A stretch of DNA of 64,000 nt, from contig OZ024740.1 of assembly GCA_964016885.1 (NCBI GenBank), positions 361,522,001 to 361,586,000 of the forward strand. The letters are read 5' to 3'. Numbering within the stretch: position 1 is the first letter of the stretch; each line of letters opens with the position of its first letter. This DNA is from Eledone cirrhosa. Its lineage: Eukaryota. The notes under the pieces are model-generated. The model was not told the DNA's origin, did no database searches, and was given only the letters and a program-made list of their open reading frames with translations. The position numbers and the translations under genes are program-made. Positions 24,790 to 37,474 of this stretch are shown here, piece after piece.

Positions 24790-24794
<5 letters not shown>
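24387..24794. repeat. Nested palindrome: two hairpins of about 116 bp inside a larger inverted repeat centred on (TA)n
   Basis: 24387-24502 and 24679-24794 are each self-complementary; 24503-24567 is inverted at 24608-24678. Confidence 0.9.
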
Positions 24795-24850
<56 letters not shown>

Positions 24851-24877
24851 TTCTATATGTATTTATGTGTGTGAAAG

Positions 24878-25163
24878 TGCGTGGTTAGGGTATTCGGCTC
24901 ACAATCGTAAGGTCGTGAGTTCGAGACCCGGCGGCACGTTGTGTCCTTGAGCAAGACACTTTATTTCCCATTGTTCCAGTCCACTCAACTGATTGTACCT
25001 GTACTTCGAAGGACCAGTCTTGTCACACACTCTGTTACACTGAGAACTATGTAACGTTGGTACGCGTGTGTGTGGAATGCTCAGCCACTTGCACGTTAAT
25101 TTCACGATTAGGCTGTTGCGTTGATAGTATCAACTGGAACACTCATAATCGACGGAGTGACTC
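24878..25163 (+). mobile_element. tRNA-derived SINE family B, near full length
   Basis: gtggttagggtattcggctcacaatcgtaaggtcgtgagttcgagaccc followed by gtgtccttgagcaagacactt. Confidence 0.85.
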
Positions 25164-25221
25164 CATTTATATGTGTGTGTGTTCATATATATGTGTATGC
25201 CTGTGTGTGTGTGTCTATGAA

Positions 25222-25254
<33 letters not shown>

Positions 25255-25257
25255 GTA

Positions 25258-25332
25258 CAGGGTGTCCCAAAAAATGTATACACATTGATTAGAATACTGT
25301 TGAAGTGTGTATACATTATTTTGGATACTCTG
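25258..25332. mobile_element. 75-bp Tc1/mariner-type MITE
   Basis: TA|cagggtgtcccaaaaaatgtatacaca ... tgtgtatacattattttggatactctg|TA. A half copy lies at 26546-26575. Confidence 0.75.
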
Positions 25333-25372
25333 TATATATATATATATATGTGAGTGGGCATGTATAGATATA

Positions 25373-25660
<288 letters not shown>

Positions 25661-25855
25661 GATCTCTCTCTATAATTTTTAGTCTTTCTCTTTTTAGATA
25701 GATACATAGATATAACGTTGCGCCCTTATAATATCTGTCTGTATGTCTGGCTGTCTGCATTACAACATTATGACGCGGTGTGTGTGTGTGTGTATATATA
25801 TAGTGTGTAACGTTTTTCGAAATATTTACTTTTGCGTTCACAGATTGATTTTTTT

Positions 25856-25905
25856 AGTTTCTGAAGATCCTGTTAAGGGTGAAAGCAGCGATCTTTGCTT
25901 AAACT
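25856..25905 (+). ncRNA. Type I hammerhead ribozyme motif with intact core
   Basis: agttt CTGAAGA tcct gttaa gggt GAAA gca gcgatctt tgc TT aaact. Confidence 0.7.
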
Positions 25906-25932
25906 TTAATCTGTTATTTTAATATATATATA

Positions 25933-26355
25933 TAATTATATATTCGTGTACAGATATTTTTGCATACACAATAACAAAATATAAACAAAAGTATTTATTT
26001 CGCGATAAAGTATTGATTTTCTTCGCACGGAAAAAAACCCTGCTAATCTACGACGAATTTTTTTATAAGCACAAACTGTAGACACCATCTCGAGGCCGAG
26101 GTATTCCGTACTTCTCTGTACTGTTATATATATATATATATATATTCCAGTTCCTCAGTGAAATAACAACCCAACCAGGAACTGGGCATATCAGAGTATT
26201 GACAAAATTATACACCTCAACAACATATGTACTTGTCTATACCACACTAATTCGGACTGCCTGAAGAGGTCACAGCCAAAGATGGCTGTCACCGAAATAT
26301 ATATAGCAGTAATAAACGAAGCTAAATTTTAAACATTTGACTTTTTATTTTACTT

Positions 26356-26406
<51 letters not shown>

Positions 26407-26470
26407 TATATTCGTGTACAGATATTTTTGTATACACAATAACAAAATATAAACAAACGTATTTATTTCA
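25933..26470. repeat. Direct repeat of about 70 bp (25933-26003 and 26401-26470), each copy following (TA)n
   Basis: taattatatattcgtgtacagatatttttg.atacacaataacaaaatataaacaaa. Confidence 0.75.
26256..26310 (+). ncRNA. Minimal type I hammerhead ribozyme motif, intact, in a mini-element (26145-26360) flanked by (TA)n
   Basis: actgc CTGAAGA ggtcacagcca aaga tggctgtcacc GAAA tatata TA gcagt. Confidence 0.8.
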
Positions 26471-26808
26471 CGAGGCTCGATAAGGATAAATATATATCAA
26501 ATATATAAGAACCCTAGAGCAAATCCCGAGCAACGCCAGACCATTCAGTGTGTATACATTTTTTTTGATACCCTGTATATATATGTGAGTGGATATGTAT
26601 ACATATATTTCTCTCTCTCTCTCCTCTCTCACCTCTCCCCCTCTCTCTCTCTCGCTATATATATATATATATATAGCCATACATATATACATATATACAT
26701 ATATACACATGACCACCCGTGACATGTTGGGTCACGTTCAGTTAAAAATAATTTAAAAATATTGATAATATACACAGACATGTATATAATGTAAAATGAA
26801 AGGAAGGC

Positions 26809-26878
<70 letters not shown>

Positions 26879-26937
26879 ATATATATGTATATATATATAT
26901 ATGTGTGTGTGTGTATGTATATGTATACATATATATA

Positions 26938-26972
<35 letters not shown>

Positions 26973-27313
26973 GGGTGTCTGTGACTAATATACACTGGTC
27001 ACAGACACACACATACACACACACATATATATATACACAGACACACAGACACACACACATATATAAATATTTACACGCGCACACACAAATATTTACACGC
27101 ACACACACACTTAGAAACCCTTCCTAATTAGCAGGAAATATTCGCTACACACATCCTGTCCTAACACAAGTTATATCATACATATGATTTAATATTTAGT
27201 TACCAAATTCGAGTTATATATAATAATGCTGTATTCGATTCTTTGAAGTCACCTCTTATAATTTCATTCAACAACAACACCAGCTTTCTTTCTTCCATTT
27301 TACTTCTCTGTCT

Positions 27314-27350
<37 letters not shown>

Positions 27351-27494
27351 CCACGGGGAAGCAAGGTGGCAGCATGTTACTTCACCCGTCTCTGGGTCAA
27401 TAACATAAACACAAACTTTTTCCTCTCTGTCTTTTCTTGCTTGTTTCCTTAAAGTTTACCATCATTCCGTTGGTATACATCTATTACGCAATTT

Positions 27495-27552
27495 ACACCT
27501 GAAGATGTTACCGGGTTCTTACGCAACTTCACCACTGAAATGTGTATAGTGT
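27495..27552 (+). ncRNA. Degenerate minimal hammerhead motif
   Basis: acac CTGAAGA ... GAAA tgtgta TA gtgt; stem II pairs poorly. Confidence 0.4.
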
Positions 27553-27801
27553 TTGCAGAAATAAAGAATTAGGGAAATTCAACATATTTGGCCTCCTGTC
27601 ATTTAACTTTATAACACATTTACTCCGTTCCCCCACCACCAACATGATTTAACATCGATGATGGATGAGTTGCATAACGTCGAGTGCTTTCCTCCTATTA
27701 CGTCATGATTAACATTGCAGAATGACCAATTCTATCCAGTAGTAAACCACCAAATTTAAACGTATATATATATATAAATATATATATAAATGCATACATA
27801 C

Positions 27802-27832
<31 letters not shown>

Positions 27833-28100
27833 AATACACACACACACACACACACGTGCGTAGGGAGGGGCGTTTGTATGTATGTGTGTGTGTGTGTGTG
27901 CTTGCGTGTTCATCGGTGTTTATGTTTATGACTCGTATCTTATAATAATTGTTTCTACGTTAGGCACAAGGCCAGCAAATTACCCAGTGTATTACTGGTA
28001 CTTTATTTTATCGACTCGTATCTTATAATAATGTTATTTAAAAGCTTATATCATGTTAAATATGGCGTGGAATTATATTAATATATTACTTTGGTTATGA

Positions 28101-28375
28101 AGGCACACGGCTTAGTGCTTAGAGTATTTGACTCATGATCATAAGGTCATGGGTTCGAGTCCCGGTGGCGCGTTAAGTCCTTGAGCAAGACACTATATTT
28201 CACGTTAGTCCACTCAGATGGCAAAAATTGTTGTACCTGTAATTCTAAGGCCTATCCTCGTTACACGCTGTGTCACGCTGAATCTCCCTTAGAACTGCAT
28301 TAATGAAGCACGTGTCTGTAGAATGCTCAACTATTTGTACGTTAATTTCATGAGCAGACAGTTCCGTCGTCCGAA
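28101..28375 (+). mobile_element. SINE family B
   Basis: ggcttagtgcttagagtatttgactcatgatcataaggtcatgggttcgagtccc..gtccttgagcaagacact. Confidence 0.85.
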
Positions 28376-29194
28376 CTGACACATGTACAAAACAACACAC
28401 ACTGAATATTTTTTTCATTTTACATCTGACTAATATTAACTTTTCTCACCAAATCCTTAACTTCCGTGTTAAAGTCTAATTTAGTCTTTTTGAATAGCCA
28501 TTACGTTAAGGTCAACTCTTTCGTTACTATATTTATAACAAAAAGACACTGCCTATTATTTTCAATTAATTTTGAAAATATCCATGAATTTGAAGAGATA
28601 TAACAATTTGAAGTAATATAACAAACTTTCTCATTATTAAGCTGGTGATTGAAACATAATTTAACAAAAGTTCTTACATAACATTATGAAGGAACATTTC
28701 TACATGACTATAAACACTTTAAAATAGATAAACAATTTTGTATTGTAGAACCTGGAGTGGTTTGCTATCAAAAGGCATGTTTGTATCAAAAGAGTTAAGT
28801 TACTCTCCTTATCCTTGTTTTTCTGTTTGTCAGCTCATAAAATAACCTGTCAGTTCATTCATTTCTTCACCCAAGAAAATATCTCGTCTGCAATACCGGA
28901 AGGTAAACTTCTGTTGTGGTATTTCAATGATGCTTGCTTAAGAGGTTACACACAACCACACACGCACACATAGGTACACACCCACACCCACACCCACACA
29001 CAGAGGCACACACACACACACCCACACGCGCACACACACGCAAAACACGCACATACTGGCCACACGCACGCACGCATACACATAGGCACAGACATACAGA
29101 CGCACAAACACACACGCAGATACGTACACACACATACACACACACACACACAATGACACATGCACGCGCGCATACACACACACACACAGGCATA

Positions 29195-29247
<53 letters not shown>

Positions 29248-29373
29248 AAGGAAACATGTAGAACACAATCCAAGATGGTAATTGTATCAAAGATGTTTGG
29301 TCTCCTTCCACATCCGCCATAAATTAAACGCTTTTCATCCCAACAAGCTACATTGTTCTCACCACACACTCGT

Positions 29374-29405
29374 TTCTTCTTCTTCTTCTTCTTCTTCTTC
29401 TTCTT

Positions 29406-29436
<31 letters not shown>

Positions 29437-29940
29437 TCCTCCTCCTCCTCCTCCTCCTCCTCCTCCTCCTCCTCCTCCCACTTATTCCTGGGTGGGTCGT
29501 GGAAGCAAAGTCCTCCAACGCACCTTCCAGCGGGACCTATCAGAAGCAACTGTCTCTACTTTATCCGGGACCTATCAGAAGCAACTGTCTCTACTTTATC
29601 CGGGACCTATCAGAAGCAACTGTCTCTACTTTATCCGGGACCTATCAGAAGCAACTGTCTCTACTTTATCCGGGACCTATCAGAAGCAACTGTCTCTACT
29701 TTATCCGGGACCTATCAGAAGCAACTGTCTCTACTTTATCCGGGACCTATCAGAAGCAACTGTCTCTACTTTATCCGGGACCTATCAGAAGCAACTGTCT
29801 CTACTTTATCCGGCACCTATCAGAAGCAACTGTCTCTACTTTATCCGGGACCTATCAGAAGCAACTGTCTCTACTTTATCCGGGACCTATCAGAAGCAAC
29901 TGTCTCTACTTTATCCAGCGTGTCCAACCGAGCTTATAAC
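29374..29940 (-). mobile_element. RTE-like LINE 3' end with (GAG)n(AAG)n tail, hosting a minisatellite
   Basis: Minus strand with the array collapsed reads LDKVETVASDRSRWK..VGGLCF, followed by the trinucleotide tail. Confidence 0.55.
29532..29916. repeat. 35-bp minisatellite, 11 copies
   Basis: Unit gggacctatcagaagcaactgtctctactttatcc; one variant (ggcacc) near 29812. Confidence 0.95.
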
Positions 29941-29980
29941 ATCAACAATAATAATAACAGTTATTTATTATTATTATTAT

Positions 29981-30190
29981 TGGCAGTACCGGTAGAGGGT
30001 CGGACGCCATGCTTTGCAGCAAAGAGTTACGGCCCTTTATGGTCTGAGTTCAAATCCCGCCGAGGTTAACTTTGCCTTTCATCCTTACGGTGTCGATAAA
30101 ATAAAGTACCAGTAACGTACTGGAGTCAATTTAGTCGACTTTCCTCTCCCCCCAAATTACTGGCCTTGTGCCTATAGTAGAAATCATTAT
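29981..30190 (+). mobile_element. SINE family A
   Basis: A-box, B-box and conserved core as in 16259. Confidence 0.85.
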
Positions 30191-30194
30191 TGCT

Positions 30195-30947
30195 ACCTCG
30201 CGGCCGTCCTCAAAGCAGCCTGCTTCGGACCCGTTTACAGAGGCTGGATCGCTGCAATGCACAGCGACATCTACTCTGTAGTTAGAATGAACGGTCACCT
30301 TTCGGAACCATTCAACATCATGCGCTCGGTCCGCCAAAGTTACCTCGTCTCTTTCCTTTTGTATGCATTGACTCTTGAGCCATTACTACACAAATTGGAA
30401 ACTTTGAGGGGCATCCTGCGCGAACTGGGACGTGGGAGATCCGTGTCAGTAGATGCTGAAGATGTCACCGTAGGGGTGTCGAACACCAAACACATTCAAA
30501 TGATCGGCACTACTCTCAGGGAGTACGAATCGGTAACAGGAGCACAAATTAACCAGGAAAAGTCAGTGGGCCTGCAGTTCGGCACCTGGAGAGGCATGTC
30601 CATGCTGTCCAACAGCGTCGTCGGGCGTTGGACGGACAGACCAGTTAAATTATTCGGGGTCTGGTTTAGACCAGACCTCCAGATGGACAAAGACTGGGAC
30701 GAGGTAACGTGCAAGGTGGCCTCTCTTACTCAAAAATGGGCTGAGAGGAAGCTATCCTTGAAAGGTCGGATAGAAGTGGCGAACACATAAATCGCGTCCG
30801 TCTACTACAACCTGGCCGTCGTGCCCACGTCAGACTGCACTGGAACGCCTACTCTTTCGCTTTATATGGAGGGATCAGGTTCCACTGATCAGGTGGTCCA
30901 ATTGCTGTCAATATCCGCTACGTGGAGGATTGGGTATGCCGTGGTTG
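30195..30947 (+). mobile_element. L1/Tx1-clade RT fragment (older copy)
   Basis: VRMNGHLSEPFNIMRSVRQ..LLYALTLEPLL, degenerate YADD (DAED), INQEKS, RKLSLKGR; homologous to 62640-62868. Confidence 0.85.
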
Positions 30948-31154
30948 AAAAAACAAAAAACTTAAATATATTTAATTTTTTGACATCAAATTAACAACTT
31001 CTTAGGTACGAATTTTGTTCCAGAGCCCTAGCACTGCATTTCTTTTCTCTCTTAAGTGTCTGGTAATACCACTTCTCTTTCACTCCCTACCGCCCTTGTA
31101 AAAATCAATATAATTTTTTTAGTAAAAAAAAGACTATATTGATTTTTACAAGAG

Positions 31155-31342
31155 CTAGACTAGCAAAATCACGAGAGCGTAGGACAAAATACTTTGTAAT
31201 ATTTGTTCCGCTTGTTTAAATTCAGAGCTCAAATCCTGCCGTAATTACTGCTGACTTTCAAAAGTACCAGTTAAATACTCGGGTCGATATAATCAACTCC
31301 CCGTCCCTAACAGCTGGCCTTGAGTCAAAATTAGAAACCATT
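31155..31342 (+). mobile_element. SINE family A (degenerate)
   Basis: gagctcaaatcctgccg..aagtaccagttaaatactcgggtcgatataatc. Confidence 0.6.
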
Positions 31343-31778
31343 ACTTAAGGAATGAAAATAACATTTTTTTTTTACATCTGACTAACAACTTCTTAGAGGT
31401 GGCTTTTGTGCAATACCCATAGCATTGCATTTCTTTTTTCTTTTTACATGATATTATATCTATTTTAATATATTACACTGAATGTTTGTTTTTCTTTATT
31501 CTTATTATATCATTCGTTTTCTTTCTCTGCTGTCATTAACAAATTTCTTACTGCAATTCCTACTCACCATCTGTTCAAGACTATATGCCTACTGAACTTT
31601 CGCAAAGCATTCCCAACTTATAATGTACTTACCTACATGCATGCATAGATACACATACATACCTACATACATTCACATATACATATATATACATTCATAC
31701 AAATACACTCACACAGACATATGTATGTGTATATATATATAATTTGTGTATATAAGTATATATATGTGTTTATATATG

Positions 31779-31816
<38 letters not shown>

Positions 31817-32306
31817 AATCCAGATGGATACAGTAAGAAACTTGGGATAGTAGAATTAAATTTAAAACCTAAAATATGATTCTGTACCCTGAAATAACAA
31901 ATAAATATTTTGAAAATTAACCGCCAACTATATTATATAGAAATCTGTGTGTATAGAAACTTGAACATAAATTACTCCCCTTTGTCTCTCTCTCTCTCTT
32001 TAATCATCTTTCATCTGTCTTATCAAGCCACATAATAAATGTATTATCACATCACCTGTTTCTTCCTCTATGCTTTCTTTTCCCTCCTCTTTCTCTACTA
32101 GTTTTTAAAAATAAAAAATGTTATAACTGTTATATTGATGCCATGTATTTCTTAAAATCTATTACACGCACCCTCTCTATTGTTTGTATTACGTTATCTC
32201 ATATTCTCAATATTAGAGTATAAATATTGAGTTTTGTCATAAGTTAATCACTACCTTGATTGAATCTTTACCATCTACCATGTCAGGGTATGTCATGTAT
32301 AATTTT

Positions 32307-32371
32307 ATTTTATCTGATGAGGACGTACTGTTGAACTTAACTCAGTACCTCTGAAATATGTATAATAAAAT
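32307..32371 (+). ncRNA. Minimal type I hammerhead ribozyme motif upstream of (TA)n
   Basis: attttat CTGATGA ggacgtactg ttgaacttaact cagtacctct GAAA tatgta TA ataaaat. Confidence 0.7.
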
Positions 32372-32415
32372 ATAATTGATCACAAGAATATCTATTTTGT
32401 TAATATTTTGAATTA

Positions 32416-32524
<109 letters not shown>

Positions 32525-32595
32525 CAAGGAGACAACAAACAGGTACAAAAAGTCTTATTAGTTTCACGCTTTATAATGGAAAGAGGGAAGAAAGT

Positions 32596-32646
<51 letters not shown>

Positions 32647-33344
32647 CTGATGGTAGCTAAGATGCTTCCATAGGCGGTATGCGGGTTGAGCACTCTATGC
32701 TCTTACAGAGCAGAGTATGATATAATATAAAACGAAAAATCAGTGATGCATCTGAACTCAATTTATTGTGTGTTACAATTGTTTCGCCGGCGGACAGCTC
32801 GAGACACGATCATTGTGTGGATCTGTCTGACTCTGGACCTGTGGGCTCGTCGGACACTTCCAATGCTTTCGGAGCAAATTCTTTCAGGTGAAAACCTGCA
32901 TTTTTCCTGCTTCATCGAGGAAAATCTTAAAGATTATCCAGCCATCAGAGTATTCGGTTTATTTTCTTTACATATTGTCCAGGCATGCAGTTTTTCCACG
33001 ATTAGGTCTGTTGGCGGCCCGCCTTCCAAAATACCTTATCCCGTGCAACGCCGGGTACCACTGCTAGTAATTTTATATAAGATCCTTGGTTAAATTGTCC
33101 TTCAAACACCAGATGAATTATAAGAAAGTTATATTACGAAAGCCGTTTACTTTCTTGATTATTAAAAAAAAAAACATATTTGAAAACCATTAGAAATATG
33201 GAAGCGAAAGGGTTAAGACATTCCGTGATTGAAACGTTGCCAGAATTAAACTTGATTACCAGAACAGTGCAACTCAGCAATTTCCTTTTCAACTTAAAGT
33301 TTCTTCAGCTATGAACAGGCATTAGTCCCACTCAAAACAGATTG

Positions 33345-33600
33345 TGCCAAACTATTTTTGTGGAGTGTGTAATGGAGTTTGGGTAATCCTAGTAGAAAAG
33401 AAAGTTGGGAAACGATCCAGTGGTTTTGAAAAGACTATTCCACAAAGAACTATGGCGGCGAGAGAAAGAGGGGCAGAAAAAGTTAAGGAGTTGACAGGCA
33501 AATTATTAGCGGGAACACGAAATCTGACAAGAAATCGCGATAGATGGAGTCGATTGGTGCACAGCAACGGCACCTCTACGATTCCTAAGAAGTTGAGGTT
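33345..33600 (+). mobile_element. Degenerate RTE-like LINE C-terminus
   Basis: LVEKKVGKRSSG..PQRT..VKELTG..RNRDRWSRLVH. Confidence 0.45.
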
Positions 33601-34245
33601 ATACGATACTAATCCTAGTAGTATGTCAGTTTATATATTTTCAAATTAAAGCAATAAGAATACCTTGTTATATTAGAAAGGTAGGCTATTTTCTGAACTA
33701 CTATTTAGTAATGGGATTCTATTTCTTGGTGTTCGAATAAAGATCAACTTTACCTTTCATCATTCTGAGGCCAATAAGATAAATAATTTGTGAGGTACTA
33801 TGGTGAGTATAATCGACTATACCTCACCATGGTTAGAGAGAGAATTCTAGAAAATTGACTCTTTTTTGGGGTGGGGGGACTGGATGAAGTGGTTGGTGCG
33901 GAGCCTTAAGTAGAGGGTGTTGTGGAAACAATATGGATAGCAAGAGGAGAGACGAGTGAATCTATAAACCAGTTTTGAAGAGTAGAAACCGCTGTATCAA
34001 CGGTTAAGTTTGTGGCCAGTGATTGGAATATGTAGCTAAGAGACTATATAGTTAGTTGGATGGTTTTCTGTGGTATGATCAAGTTATATGCCCCCACTTC
34101 TCAACCTAGGGGTCTGCAAAGGAAGTATTGAGAACCCGTGAGCAAAATTCCAATTTTACTGTACTTTGTAATAAACGTAATACACACGCACACTATTGGG
34201 TATTCATTTTCCACTATGTATAAACATTTTTTTTTTTCCATTATT

Positions 34246-34552
34246 CGGTGGATTGGCAGTATCGGTAGAGGGTCGGACGCCATGCTTTCCAGCATAGTTA
34301 CGTCCCTTTACGATCTGAGTTCAAATCCCGCCGAGGTTGACTTTGCCTTTCATCCTTACGGGGTCGATAAAATAAAGTACCAGTAATGCACTGGGTAATT
34401 GTTGGCCTTGTGCCTAAAGTAGAAACAATTATTACCAATGGGAAGTTCAAATCCCGCCGATGTTAACTTTGCCTTTCATCCTAATAAAATAAAGTACCAG
34501 TAATACACTGATTTAATTGCTGGCCTTGTGCCAAAAGTAGAAACAATTATTA
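34246..34552 (+). mobile_element. SINE family A plus a tandem partial second copy
   Basis: Full copy at 34246-34435; a second copy starting at the B-box at 34445-34552. Confidence 0.85.
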
Positions 34553-35740
34553 CCTCTGGGAAGAGATTAATTGAAACTGTTATTGTTTGTGAGAGGGGAG
34601 GGGATAATTGTTTCACGGAAAGGGTCTGTGGGAAAATTCATGTGAATAAAAGGGGTCATTGGTAGTGAAAAAATTGGGAACCATTGAACCACCGAAACAC
34701 TGAACTTTTGAACATCTATGGAGTTTTTGATTTATGGCTCTTTGAAACATTCGAGAGATTCATGGGATTATGAAAAATGCGATTCTCATACTTGTTGTTA
34801 ATGTTTAACCCCAGGTCAGAGTTGTGACTGGCAGACAGTATCAGTAATAGAAAGACCAATGGAAACATTGTTGTTTCCTTGGTTTAATCTAACGATCGTC
34901 TCCCTTTTTTTAATTGCCAATGACGTTCCAACTATGACCTTCCTGTATTTTATTCAGGCATATTATATTTATGACTACACTATACAATATTACAATATGA
35001 GACGCCTTCTTGTTGTTTATGGCAAGATCAAACCTATGGACCCATAGTTCATAGTGTTCCAGCTACTACTATCCTGCTTTCTATTTATACATCATGCAAC
35101 GTGGACTACATTATAAACTGTGATACGAAAGGGAAAGGTATGATTTAATGAAGAGCGCAGATTGGCTGCTATTTCTAGCACGTCGAACGATTACGTAGAG
35201 ACTCTTTCATGTGTTTCATTTTAAATCTGTGTGAATGCAATTCGTATGTATGTATGTATGTATGTATGTATGTATGTATGTATGTATGTATGTATGTATG
35301 TATGTATGTATGTATGCATGTATATCAGGGCATTCTTCTAGGAGAAGGTAACTCAGGAAACAGGGATAACTCCGACATAAAACCTGTGACTCAGTACTTA
35401 CCGATAATGTTGATCTTTTCTTCTTTTCGGGTTATAGCTACTGTCGCTCAGAGAGTGGGACTGGTTCAGTGCACAGTCTTTCACCACTTAAAATAAAATC
35501 TTCATGCACAGGCATTACACGATAGAATTAATTGATGATTATTAATAATGTTATATCGTGCAATAGCCATACTCGATAACGAGGGGGTGCAGCCATCATG
35601 TATGTACGCATGTCCATATATATGTATGTAAGTATGTATGTATGTGTATGCATGTATATATGTATGAGTGAATGCATGTATATGTGTGTGTATGTATGTA
35701 TGTGTTTGCATGTACATGGTAAATAAATATGGAGGCAAGC

Positions 35741-35771
<31 letters not shown>

Positions 35772-35772
<1 letters not shown>

Positions 35773-36625
35773 TTTCTCTTTCTCTTAATTTCGAGTATAT
35801 TTTTTTGACCGGCCACCTTCCTGGTGGCAAGGTTGTAAAAGAAAAGAAATTGTCATCCCTTGAATCGCAAGAATGTTTTGCAAATTTTGAAGGTGCCAGC
35901 TATCGCAGCCATTTGTAGACTATGAATTAGGGAGCTGCGCTTTTTGTCCCCAAATCCAAGTTCAGTCATACTTTGGTCCAAGCGGGTTGGTATATAACCC
36001 GTAGCACCAATAATGATGGGTATGAAGCTAAAGGTGTATCTTGGATACTGGATTTGTAAACTCCTCATCAATGGTCCGTAGATGTCCTCCTTCACCTGTA
36101 TTTTTCTGACAACGTTTACATCAAGTGGGCAGCTGATCTCCACAACAGAACACGTTTTCAATGTGTGGTCCCAAACAACAATATCAGGCCGGTTGTGCTT
36201 TAATTTGGTGGCAGTTTTTATTTTCAGGTTCCACCAGTATTCCTTAGTGCCATCTGTCTCAATATATTCTTCCTCGTTTGTTGTTAATTTTGTTTTCCGA
36301 AGTGCGTTCCAGATGGTTCTAGCTATCCCATCGTGTCTCATGGGGAGGTAGTAGCGAGATGACATTCTTTCGCAGCTGGCAACAATGTGGCTTACATCCT
36401 CGATCTTTGTTTTACATAGCCTACATTTATTGTCAGCTGCTGGCCCTCCTCTTTTGTGCAGCAGATATTTGGTAGGGAGTTCTTGTTCCTGTATTGCATA
36501 GAGATATCCCTCAAGGTGTGATGTCATAAACTTGTCGGAACTCCATGCCAGGCTTTTTGAGTGGTTTATCCCCTCTATGGTCTGTGTTTTACGCCTCAAG
36601 TATCCATGCACAACTTTTTCTGTAA

Positions 36626-36628
<3 letters not shown>
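35772..36628 (-). mobile_element. R4/Dong-clade non-LTR retrotransposon, 5'-truncated, with open CCHC plus restriction-like endonuclease frame, inserted in (CATA)n
   Basis: EGYLYAIQEQ, CRLCKTKIEDVSHIVASC, RHD, HNRPDIVVWD..VVEISCP, KEDIY, PIIIGATG. Stop at 35853, short 3'UTR, (TATG)n on both sides. Confidence 0.9.
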
Positions 36629-36656
<28 letters not shown>

Positions 36657-36674
36657 TGTATGTATGTATACATG

Positions 36675-36761
<87 letters not shown>

Positions 36762-37071
36762 GTCGTTGTGGAGTGTGATGACAGGTACCTATTATATGCC
36801 TTGAAAATTTGGTTCGTAAAAAATTGTGAATCGAACGGGAAATGGTAAATACAAAGAAACATATGGCATGTTAATCCGAACCAGGAATAATATTACCCCA
36901 AGAGATATTTGGCATGGGTAGAAACACGCTGAAATCTTTAAAAATAGCCCGGAATACCAACAGACATACTTGATTCTCCAATGGTATTTTAAGTAGAATA
37001 AGCAGAAACATTTTACCAATTCATATATAGTTTTAAGATTTATGGATATTAATGACCCTGTGCGGAAGTGT

Positions 37072-37074
<3 letters not shown>

Positions 37075-37136
<62 letters not shown>

Positions 37137-37220
37137 ATCTCTCTCTCTCTCCTCCCCCACCCTCTCTCTCTCTATATATATCTATATCTATATATATATC
37201 TATATCTATATATATATATG

Positions 37221-37302
<82 letters not shown>

Positions 37303-37325
37303 GTATATATATATATATATACATA
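37075..37325. repeat. (TATC)n/(TA)n microsatellites
   Basis: Direct reading. Confidence 0.9.
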
Positions 37326-37420
37326 TAAGGTAAATTATATAAGTTGATGATACAACTGTATAAGGCATTCAGATATTTACAGGAATTAAATGCTACATCC
37401 TTTGTAGTTGAATGAAATAA

Positions 37421-37474
<54 letters not shown>

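Noticed and set aside
29532-29916. CRISPR-like array (35-bp repeat)
   Set aside because: Units are head-to-tail with no spacers, there are no cas genes, and the context is eukaryotic.
29282-30069. Three overlapping ORFs of 146-238 aa
   Set aside because: Read-through of trinucleotide repeats and a stop-free 35-bp minisatellite.
35853-36749. 298-aa ORF as a host gene
   Set aside because: The N-terminus is microsatellite and the rest is an R4/Dong endonuclease fragment.
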